A program made the position numbers and the translations under genes. The notes under the pieces are model-generated. The model did not search any database and was not told the origin of the DNA. It saw only the letters and a list, made by a program, of their open reading frames with translations. Shown piece after piece: positions 1 to 6,648 of a stretch of 12,838 nt of DNA; the first letter of the stretch is position 1, and each line of letters starts with the position of its first letter. Source of the DNA: Thermotogota bacterium (GTDB lineage: Bacteria; Thermotogota; Thermotogae; Petrotogales; Kosmotogaceae); NCBI GenBank assembly GCA_034660555.1, contig JAYEJL010000083.1, forward strand, positions 1 to 12,838, given 5' to 3'.

Positions 1-71
1 GGGGAGACTGGACTTGAACCAGCGACCTCCTGTGCCCAAGACAGGCGCGCTGCCATCTGCGCTACTCCCCG
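1..71 (-). tRNA. tRNA-Pro (anticodon TGG), 3' end truncated by window edge
   Basis: Reverse complement reads CGGGGAGTAGCGCAGATGGCAGCGCGCCTGT-CTTGGGC-ACAGG-AGGTC-GCTGGTTCAAGTCCAGT-CTCCCC. It has a 5' C typical of tRNA-Pro, acceptor stem GGGGAG/CTCCCC, anticodon stem CCTGT/ACAGG with TGG, and T-loop TTCAAGT. Confidence 0.97.
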
Positions 72-81
72 GAGCCAATTA

Positions 82-110
82 AATATATCAGATTTTACCT
101 CTTGCGTCAA
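82..110 (-). promoter_or_regulatory. sigma70-type promoter of tRNA-Pro
   Basis: Minus strand TTGACG (110-105), 17-bp spacer, TATATT (87-82) with extended TG, ending 10 nt before the tRNA 5' end. Confidence 0.75.
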
Positions 111-130
111 TATATTGCTTTTAAATAAGT

Positions 131-1231
131 TTACAGTTCCATGATCCATGGTCTCATAACTTTCATATTTTCAACATTAACAACTATCTTTGGAAAATTA
201 TTACCCAGTGTAATCAGTTCAGCAGCTGTTGATAACTTTTTAAGTAAAACTGTATCCTCATTTCTCGCAGTTTTGAGCGGTGCGGAGAAAGAAAAAGCCA
301 TATTTTCCTTCACTTCAAAATCCAGCTCAGTTAAAGGTGAGATATTTTCTACTCCAAACCTTGCGGAAAAGTTTACATCAAAATTTTTCCATTCCTCTTC
401 ATAACCAATACTTGTATAGTTACTCTTAGCTCTTTTTAAGATTTCAGATAGCCTTCTTATTTGCAAAAAATCATAAGCGCTTCTCGCAAATAAAGCTGCA
501 GATTTGTCGTATAGATCAGCCAGGTCACCGGGCACTTTTCCAAAAAAGAACGAACGACTCAACGAAACACTTAACCCACGGCGATGAGTTCTAAGTGAAA
601 TAACCAGATGCCTTTTCACTTTTTTGCCGGTGGAGCTTGCATTGCAGAACTTCTCTAACCTTTCATCAGAAAGAACCACAAGATACAAAACCTCTAGCCC
701 AATTTCCTGAAATAACGCTTTGAGTATTTTTTCTATTTCTATTTCTGTCATTCCAGACCGTAGTTCATTGGAGAATTCAAATAACATATTTTCACTTAAT
801 GTTCCAGTTGCTCTAAGTCGTGAAATTTCTTTCTCAGAAAACTGCAGTTGAAGAAACTTGAAATCATTATCCACATATTCAACTGTTGGCAGCTTTGTAA
901 ATGAAATACAGTCAGTTACGAGTCTTCTGTTGTTGCCTAGCGAGTTGATTATGCTGATAGGTCCTTTAAACCAGGAGTAGGTTTCAAACTCTATATTGTA
1001 ATTTTCAAGTTTTTCACTAATTCTATCTTTTTCTCTTTCAGGTAAGATAACCACTGTACGATGATCATCAATATAAACAAGAAAATCAGTGTAGAGGTAA
1101 CTCCCATTTTTTCTGGGATCAACAGCTCGTTCAAAAAGCCAGAAAAGACTCTCGATATTACCCATGAGGATAGCATCATATCCTTTTTGATTTAAATATT
1201 CCCTTACTATCTGTGTCCTCATTTTCATCAC
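131..1231 (-). CDS. M24 (Xaa-Pro aminopeptidase/creatinase fold) family protein, probably catalytically degenerate
   Basis: N-terminal creatinase-like segment (YDAILMGNIESLFWLF), then EISRLR...GMTEIEI...LSDER...GLSVSLSRSFFFG...YEEEW...RNEDTVLL. True start may be ATG at 1222, which has GGTGA upstream. Confidence 0.8.
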   Translation of the reverse strand: MMKMRTQIVREYLNQKGYDAILMGNIESLFWLFERAVDPRKNGSYLYTDFLVYIDDHRTVVILPEREKDRISEKLENYNIEFETYSWFKGPISIINSLGNNRRLVTDCISFTKLPTVEYVDNDFKFLQLQFSEKEISRLRATGTLSENMLFEFSNELRSGMTEIEIEKILKALFQEIGLEVLYLVVLSDERLEKFCNASSTGKKVKRHLVISLRTHRRGLSVSLSRSFFFGKVPGDLADLYDKSAALFARSAYDFLQIRRLSEILKRAKSNYTSIGYEEEWKNFDVNFSARFGVENISPLTELDFEVKENMAFSFSAPLKTARNEDTVLLKKLSTAAELITLGNNFPKIVVNVENMKVMRPWIMEL

Positions 1232-1353
1232 CGCTGAAAATCAATTGAACTAATTATAACATTCACTTAGTCTTACTAATTGTACTATAAAGTTGATTTA
1301 GAATATTATGATGATATCATTGTTATAAACTATCTTTTTAGGGAGGTCCATTA

Positions 1354-2982
1354 ATGAGAAAACTATTGGTAGTAACATTCGTCATTTTGTTAACAATTAC
1401 TGCAGCTTTTTCTGCAGACATCGTGGCAAAAATCGAAGAAGATTCGAATCCATTACCTGAGGAATACTGGATTACACAATCCAAACTTTCAGAATCAGTT
1501 GAGCAAACAGTTAGCAGTTTACAGCAGCAGGGAGTAAGCTTCGATAAATACTTTGGCTCAAATCAATTACCCAGCCTTATTGGCTTAAAATATTCAATAA
1601 TGCAATCTTTGTTTGATAGAAATCTTATCAGATACTATGCAAATACACATGACTTAACTCCTGATGCCACTTCCATAGAAACAGAAAAAGAAGCAATGAT
1701 TTCACAATATACTGCTGATGAACAAGCATTATCACAAATAGAACAGGCATATGGTTCAGTTGATGCTTTCTCAAATCTGATTTACGATTATCTTTTTAGT
1801 CAAAAACAGAAAACAATGGTACAGAACGAGGTTGTTTCACAGGATAAAGAATCCATGGCTGAATACTTTGAACAAGGAAAACAAAACATAAAGGATCAGT
1901 ATGAAACGGTTACAGCAAGTCATATTTTGCTTTCAACTGAAGCATCGGCGATTGAAATAAAAGAGATGATTCAATCAGGAGAGTTAGATTTCTCAGAAGC
2001 TGCCTCAGATTTTTCTGAAGATGAAGCATCTGCAAAATCAAGTGGTGGACTTGGTACATTTAGCCACGGTGAAATGATAGGAGCTTTTGAGAACGCTGCG
2101 TTTGCGGCTACCCCCGGTGTTATAACTGGCCCTGTTGAATCAGATTTTGGCTATCATTTAATACTTGTTCAAAATAAGAACATTATTGATACCTACGAAG
2201 ATCTTACAAACAACGTTGAGGCTTTTGAACAATTTAAAAATGATTATGTATCAGCGAAATTCAACGAATGGCTTGAGAATTACAAATCAGAGAATAATAT
2301 GAATTTAGAAATAACTGACCCAAAACTGAATGCATACGAACATTTTCATAAAGCTGAAACAGAAGAAGAAAGAAAAGAATTAATGTATGAATTAGAAGAA
2401 ACTGTCGCCGCAACTAATTTTGAATCAGATCCCGCAAGTGATGTAAAACTGGCAAATTACATACAGCTGAATCTTGAACTGGTTGAAGATGATACAGATG
2501 AATACAAAGATGCGGTAAATGAAATGTACAAGATCTCACCAGAATCCTGGACTGTCGCCATGGAAATGTACAGATTCTATCCAGACAGACCAGACGTATC
2601 ATTGAATTACAATACGCTTATACTCGAAGAGGTATATTCATTACTAAGTAATCAACAAATGCTTCAGATGTATATCCAGCAATATGGACAACAGAATTTT
2701 GTATCAATGATCGTCAATTCTTTGAAAAATGTGGATAACAATTTAGCTAATGTAATCAATTCCGATGCAAATGATGATCTGAGAATTGAAGCTATTGATA
2801 AGGCGCTAAGCGCTCTACAGATTCTTGCAAGTCTTGATCAGGAAAACCAGGAACAGCATTTAAGCAAAATGATCCAGTATGCTGAAACTCTTTACCAGCT
2901 CCAACCTACAGAAGAGAACAAACAACTTCTGGATAACCTAAAAGGTGAAACAGAAAACGCCACAGAAACTGAAAATAACTAA
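1354..2982 (+). CDS. Secreted parvulin (PpiC)-type peptidyl-prolyl isomerase, PrsA/SurA-like foldase with long acidic C-terminal extension
   Basis: Signal peptide MRKLLVVTFVILLTITAAFSA. Rotamase motifs VTASHILL, DFSEAASDFSED, GGLGTF..GEM..AFENAAF, GPVESDFGYHLI. RBS AGGGAGGT upstream. Confidence 0.9.
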   Translation: MRKLLVVTFVILLTITAAFSADIVAKIEEDSNPLPEEYWITQSKLSESVEQTVSSLQQQGVSFDKYFGSNQLPSLIGLKYSIMQSLFDRNLIRYYANTHDLTPDATSIETEKEAMISQYTADEQALSQIEQAYGSVDAFSNLIYDYLFSQKQKTMVQNEVVSQDKESMAEYFEQGKQNIKDQYETVTASHILLSTEASAIEIKEMIQSGELDFSEAASDFSEDEASAKSSGGLGTFSHGEMIGAFENAAFAATPGVITGPVESDFGYHLILVQNKNIIDTYEDLTNNVEAFEQFKNDYVSAKFNEWLENYKSENNMNLEITDPKLNAYEHFHKAETEEERKELMYELEETVAATNFESDPASDVKLANYIQLNLELVEDDTDEYKDAVNEMYKISPESWTVAMEMYRFYPDRPDVSLNYNTLILEEVYSLLSNQQMLQMYIQQYGQQNFVSMIVNSLKNVDNNLANVINSDANDDLRIEAIDKALSALQILASLDQENQEQHLSKMIQYAETLYQLQPTEENKQLLDNLKGETENATETENN

Positions 2983-3000
2983 CAGCTAGATATTTTAACT

Positions 3001-3028
3001 AAAAGACGGGGCTTAGCCCCGTTTTTTT
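3001..3028 (+). terminator. Rho-independent terminator (likely bidirectional)
   Basis: AAAAG-ACGGGGC-TTA-GCCCCGT followed by a T run, about 20 nt after the PPIase stop. Confidence 0.85.
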
Positions 3029-3078
3029 ACTGTTATTTAACAATTATGAATAAACAACTAAACATTTAACCTCTATAG

Positions 3079-3100
3079 TTTTACTAAACGGTCAGTAAAA
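3079..3100. promoter_or_regulatory. Palindromic operator candidate for the downstream TetR regulator
   Basis: TTTTACTAAACGGTCAGTAAAA has perfect 7-bp outer arms and 18/22 self-complementary positions. It lies between a TATAGT -10 (3074-3079) and the RBS GGAGGTG (3108-3114). Confidence 0.65.
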
Positions 3101-3119
3101 TTCTTATGGAGGTGATTTA

Positions 3120-4565
3120 ATGTCGTTTGTAGATAGTATGAAGAAACCGATGTTGAAACAGGCAGGTAAATTTGTTTCGTCTGTCGTCAGGAATTCTTCA
3201 GAAGAAACACTCGAAAAGCTGTTTTCAACGATGAGCACAATTACAAAAGAACCATCTAAAAGTGGTTTGAGGAAACTTGCAAATTTGGCAAAAGAAAAGC
3301 ATCCAATGATTACATCATGGAAGAATGTCTTTGAAAAATCAAGTCCGAAAGCAGTTGAAAAAGTAATGACAAATCTTATAGTAAATGAATTTGCTATTGG
3401 TGAAAAAATTAGAATTGAAAAGATGCTTGAACATGAAGTTGTAATTCCAAAATTGGTAGTAATTAGTCCTACATTTGCATGTAATTTGAATTGCGTAGGT
3501 TGCTATGCAGGGTTATATGGAAGAAAATACCAGCTCTCAAAAGAAGAAGTAGAAAACTTGATCGAACAGGCTAATGACCTGGGTATTTACTTCTTTGTAA
3601 TCACCGGTGGCGAACCCTTTGTATGGCCTCATCTAATGGAAACACTGGAAAAGTACAACGACAGCTATTTCCAGATTTTCACCAACGGAACACTAATAAC
3701 AAAAGAAAAAGCAGAGAAACTGGCTGAACTTGGTAATGCTACTTTGGCAGTTTCAGTCGAAGGTTTTGAAAGCGACACAGACTGGAGACGTGGACGTGGA
3801 GTATTTAAGAAAATCTTGCAGGCCTGGGAAAATTTAAGAGAAGCCGGTGTTATCTATGGTACTTCTGTCACAGCAACAAAAATGAATCACGATGTTATGA
3901 TGAAAGATGAATTCTGGGATTATCTTGAAAATAAAGGTGTTTCTTATGCCTGGGTTTTCCAGTTCATGCCTGTGGGAATGAATCCTTCTATGGATCTTGT
4001 GCCCACTCCCGAACAAAGATACGAACGATTCTACAAAACTGAAGAACTTCGTTTAGGAGGTCGTTTTGCGTTTGTTGCAGATTTCTGGAATCACGGGTTC
4101 CTCACAAACGGTTGTCTTGCAGCAGGAGCCAAGTACTTACACGTCAATGCAAAAGGATATGTTGAACCCTGTGTTTTCCAGCAGTTCGCAGTAGATAGCA
4201 TAAGAGAAAAGAGCCTTCTGGATATACTTAAGTCACCGTTCTTCAGTGCATACAAGAGAATGGTACCTTATTCAAACAATCTATTTAGACCATGTCCAAT
4301 CATAGACAACCCAAAAGTACTCAGAGCTATGGTTAAAAAATTCAACGCAATACCACAGCATGATGGCAGTGAAAAAATTGTTACAGAACTTGGTCCTGAA
4401 CTTGATAAACTTGCTGAAGGCTGGGCAAAATACGCAGATAAGCTCTGGTATGAAGAAGGATACTCTGAAACACATCCTTCCAAGAGAGGCATTTATGACT
4501 TTGATGTAAGGATGAGAAAATACGCTAATAACGAGGAAAAGCTTGCTGTAGATAAAAAAGGCTAA
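3120..4565 (+). CDS. Radical SAM protein with SPASM/twitch-like C-terminal domain
   Basis: CNLNCVGC (CxxxCxxC), TGGEP, FTNGTLI, SVEG. Auxiliary Cys in GCLAAG..YLHVNAKGYVEPC and RPCPIID. Strong RBS. Confidence 0.93.
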   Translation: MSFVDSMKKPMLKQAGKFVSSVVRNSSEETLEKLFSTMSTITKEPSKSGLRKLANLAKEKHPMITSWKNVFEKSSPKAVEKVMTNLIVNEFAIGEKIRIEKMLEHEVVIPKLVVISPTFACNLNCVGCYAGLYGRKYQLSKEEVENLIEQANDLGIYFFVITGGEPFVWPHLMETLEKYNDSYFQIFTNGTLITKEKAEKLAELGNATLAVSVEGFESDTDWRRGRGVFKKILQAWENLREAGVIYGTSVTATKMNHDVMMKDEFWDYLENKGVSYAWVFQFMPVGMNPSMDLVPTPEQRYERFYKTEELRLGGRFAFVADFWNHGFLTNGCLAAGAKYLHVNAKGYVEPCVFQQFAVDSIREKSLLDILKSPFFSAYKRMVPYSNNLFRPCPIIDNPKVLRAMVKKFNAIPQHDGSEKIVTELGPELDKLAEGWAKYADKLWYEEGYSETHPSKRGIYDFDVRMRKYANNEEKLAVDKKG

Positions 4566-4569
4566 ACAG

Positions 4570-5151
4570 GTGGTGGATAACGTGCGCAAAAAGATAAACA
4601 CCAAACAAAAAATTATTGAAGCCGCACGAAAAAGCTTTGCTGAGAAGGGATACAACGGAGTTAGCATGTCAGAAATTGCTAAAGAAGCCAAAGTTAAAAA
4701 AGCGCTCATATATTACTATTTTCCCAGCAAAGAAGAGTTGTTTTACAAGGTCTGGCATTATTCAATGGACGAACTTGAAACCCACCTGTTCAATGAGGTA
4801 GAAAATGAAAACATGTATCTAAAGAAGCTCAAAAAATTGCTGAAATCGTATATTAATTTTATGACGAACAAAACCGAGGTTCAGAGAATTATTCTCAGAG
4901 AGCGAGTGAACTTTTCAAGAACAGATCAGGATTCCTGGGAACGCGTCAAAGACCGCTACATGAGTTTAAGAAAGCGAATTTCCAATCTCATAGAAGAATC
5001 AAAGAACCTCGAAGTTATTGATAGCAATATTGATTCTAACGATGCGGCAGATTTGATACTAAACGGGTTGAGTTCCTCAAATGATCCACGTAGTCTTGAA
5101 AATATCAGAGAAATAATCTGGAGAGGCCTTGTAAAAAACGAAGAAAATTAA
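4570..5151 (+). CDS. TetR/AcrR family transcriptional regulator
   Basis: HTH signature KIIEAARKSFAEKGYNGVSMSEIAKEAKVKKALIYYYFPSKEELF. Starts 4 nt after the radical SAM stop; GTG at 4582 (AGGTGG upstream) is an alternative start. Confidence 0.95.
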   Translation: MVDNVRKKINTKQKIIEAARKSFAEKGYNGVSMSEIAKEAKVKKALIYYYFPSKEELFYKVWHYSMDELETHLFNEVENENMYLKKLKKLLKSYINFMTNKTEVQRIILRERVNFSRTDQDSWERVKDRYMSLRKRISNLIEESKNLEVIDSNIDSNDAADLILNGLSSSNDPRSLENIREIIWRGLVKNEEN

Positions 5152-5166
5152 TATTTGACAATTGTT

Positions 5167-5198
5167 AAAAAGGGAGATGGTCATCATCTCCCTTTTTT
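5167..5198 (+). terminator. Rho-independent terminator (bidirectional)
   Basis: AAAAA-GGGAGATG-GTCAT-CATCTCCC-TTTTTT directly after the TetR gene. Confidence 0.9.
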
Positions 5199-5570
5199 GA
5201 TGCTAAATCAACTTACTTTAGCAACTGTAATTTATAAATACTGTATAAAAAAAGAAACTTTTTGCTTGAAGTAGCAAAGATGTTGGCATAATAACGTATC
5301 CTTCTTAATACAAAACGCCATAAAGCCTTAAATAAAGCATGTTTCGAGTTTTTTTACTAAGTACACTTACAACTAATTATTAGTACAATTATTATTTTAT
5401 GGCACTTATAAAAGAGCATTATATAAAACTTAACGAAAATAAGTATTTATCTTTGAAATACCAATGATGACACACTATTTTGCAAAATACCCAATGAACA
5501 TTAGTGAAGATTCCCATTTGATGCTATTTATGATAAACTCTAGCAAAATATTTATTTGGAGGTCAATATA

Positions 5571-5738
5571 ATGCAATTAATTATCTTATTTCTTGCAATT
5601 ATTGGCGCAATTGTAATGCTTTCTTTGACATTAAGTGTAGCAGCCTGTCTTTTACGAGTAATCTTTGGATTACTATTTATAGGTTTAGCAATTTTCAGCG
5701 TTATATGGCTACTTACAGCCATTTTAGCCGTATTTTAA
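5571..5738 (+). CDS. 55-aa small integral membrane protein (two predicted TM helices)
   Basis: GGAGGT (5558-5563) lies 7 nt before ATG 5571. MQLIILFLAIIGAIVMLSLTLSVAACLLRVIFGLLFIGLAIFSVIWLLTAILAVF is almost entirely hydrophobic. Own terminator downstream. Confidence 0.75.
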   Translation: MQLIILFLAIIGAIVMLSLTLSVAACLLRVIFGLLFIGLAIFSVIWLLTAILAVF

Positions 5739-5795
5739 ACACATAAACTTTTTTAGTCATGAAATTAATGCCTTATCAAGGCAAAACACAAATTG

Positions 5796-5830
5796 AAATG
5801 CCACTGCTAAAGTGGCATTTATTGTTTTTT
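5796..5830 (+). terminator. Rho-independent terminator candidate
   Basis: AAATGCCACT-GCTAA-AGTGGCATTT (perfect 10-bp stem) then ATTGTTTTTT. A smaller hairpin TGCCTT-ATC-AAGGCA lies at 5769-5783. Confidence 0.75.
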
Positions 5831-5953
5831 GACACCCTTCATATTTCTATTCACTTTAAGGATTAACTCCAATAGTTCAGACCACCGTAGATGCATATCA
5901 GTGTTGTAAGAACTTTATCGGTTTCTTGTTTTCAATAGGTTTTTGTTGATTCT

Positions 5954-5994
5954 CGTTTTTAAAATTCCTTCCTTGAGGAAGGTCCCTGCGAAGC
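5954..5994 (+). repeat. REP-like double-hairpin unit A (truncated)
   Basis: CGTTTTTAAAAT-T-CCTTCC TTGA GGAAGG-TC-CCTGCGAAGC; first 12 and last 10 nt identical to 6260-6300. Confidence 0.7.
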
Positions 5995-6051
5995 GCATAT
6001 CCGATTGCCTCCCAAATCGCACATCAATGGGTTTTGCTCCAGTCGATGGAC
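5994..6051 (+). repeat. 58-bp direct repeat, copy 1
   Basis: 56/58 identical to 6529-6586 (differences at 6009/6544 and 6022/6557). Confidence 0.95.
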
Positions 6052-6068
6052 GATGTTCTTGAATCTAT

Positions 6069-6145
6069 CGGTTCACGGTAAACGGTTCACGTGTTCTAGT
6101 ATTTATGGTATTTCTCTCGGATTCTCCCCTTCTCGGACTCTCGTT
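6069..6145. repeat. Short tandem heptamer and octamer repeats
   Basis: CGGTTCA-CGGTAAA-CGGTTCA-CG (6069-6091) and CTCTCGGA-TTCTCCCC-TTCTCGGA-CTCTCGTT (6114-6145). Confidence 0.7.
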
Positions 6146-6191
6146 TTGCATTTTTTGAACTTTGCGTACAACGTTTTTTGGCTTTAAAATT

Positions 6192-6382
6192 CACACACCC
6201 AGCCTCCGGCAGCCCTCTCTAGAGGGCATTCAAAAACACCTAATCCCGTTATCAGAAAGCGTTTTTAAAATCTCCCCTTACGAGGGGAGTCCTGCGAAGC
6301 AGGGAGGGGTGTCAGGTTTTTGAATTACACATCTAAACATTCCGCCTTTGAGAGCGGGGGGATCACTCGCAGTGGTGAGTGT
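6192..6382. repeat. Cluster of three REP-like double-hairpin units: B 6192-6237 (-), C 6260-6313 (+), D 6339-6382 (+, degenerate)
   Basis: B(-) GTTTTTGAAT-GCCCTCT AG AGAGGGC-T-GCC GGA GGC-TGGGTGTG. C GTTTTTAAAAT-CTCCCCT TACG AGGGGAG-T-CCTGC GAA GCAGG-GAGGGGTGTC. D ATT-CCGC CTTTGAGA GCGG-GGG-ATCACT CGC AGTGGT-GAGTGT. Confidence 0.7.
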
Positions 6383-6437
6383 TATTTTGCTCTTACTAAA
6401 CCCCATCATATCCCAGATCCTAAAACGATTTTTTATT

Positions 6438-6561
6438 CCTTTATCCGCCAAAGGCGCATATCCGAATTGTTTCTCAAATTCGTATATCCTGCTGTCCCTC
6501 AAGCAGCATATCCGTGTGTACCCCAACACGCATATCCGATTGCTTCCCAAATCGCATATCA
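6438..6561. repeat. Tandem array of near-constant GCATATCC linkers alternating with sequence-variable hairpins
   Basis: Linkers at 6456, 6482 (GTATATCC), 6506, 6530 and 6554 (GCATATCA). Inserts GAATT-GTTTCTCA-AATTC, TGCT-GTCCCTCA-AGCA, GTGT-GTACCCCA-ACAC, GATT-GCTTCCCA-AATC. Preceded by hairpin CCTTT-ATCCGCC-AAAGG. Confidence 0.9.
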
Positions 6562-6586
6562 ATGGGTTTTGCTCCAGTCGATGGAC
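6529..6586 (+). repeat. 58-bp direct repeat, copy 2
   Basis: 56/58 identical to 5994-6051, offset 535 bp. Confidence 0.95.
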
Positions 6587-6648
6587 CAAGCTTGCTACCA
6601 GCAAGCGTTAGACGAAACGAAGTGATGGACGAAGCGCTAGCGCTGGAC
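6580..6648. repeat. GNTRGAC linker/hairpin chain
   Basis: GATGGAC (6580), GTTAGAC (6607), GATGGAC (6624), GCTGGAC (6642), separated by CAA/GAA plus hairpins GCTTGCT-ACC-AGCAAGC, AC-GAA-GT and GC-GCTA-GC. Confidence 0.65.

Noticed and set aside
5819..5896. 25-codon minus-strand ORF MHLRWSELLELILKVNRNMKGVKKQ converging on the membrane microprotein
   Set aside because: No RBS and a length expected by chance; kept only as a note for antisense or antitoxin checks.
6438..6561. CRISPR array interpretation of the GCATATCC repeats
   Set aside because: The 8-nt repeat and 16-18-nt inserts are far too short. The inserts resemble each other and are self-complementary, and no cas genes are in the window.
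6005..6625. ORFs 6005..6187, 6278..6604, 6320..6625 (AYP-repeat, superficially RiPP-precursor-like) and 6348..6611
   Set aside because: They overlap in several frames across DNA repeats. The 8-aa periodicity follows from the 24-nt unit and is broken by the 26-nt unit. Variation preserves base pairing rather than amino acids, and no convincing RBS is independent of the REP-like hairpins.
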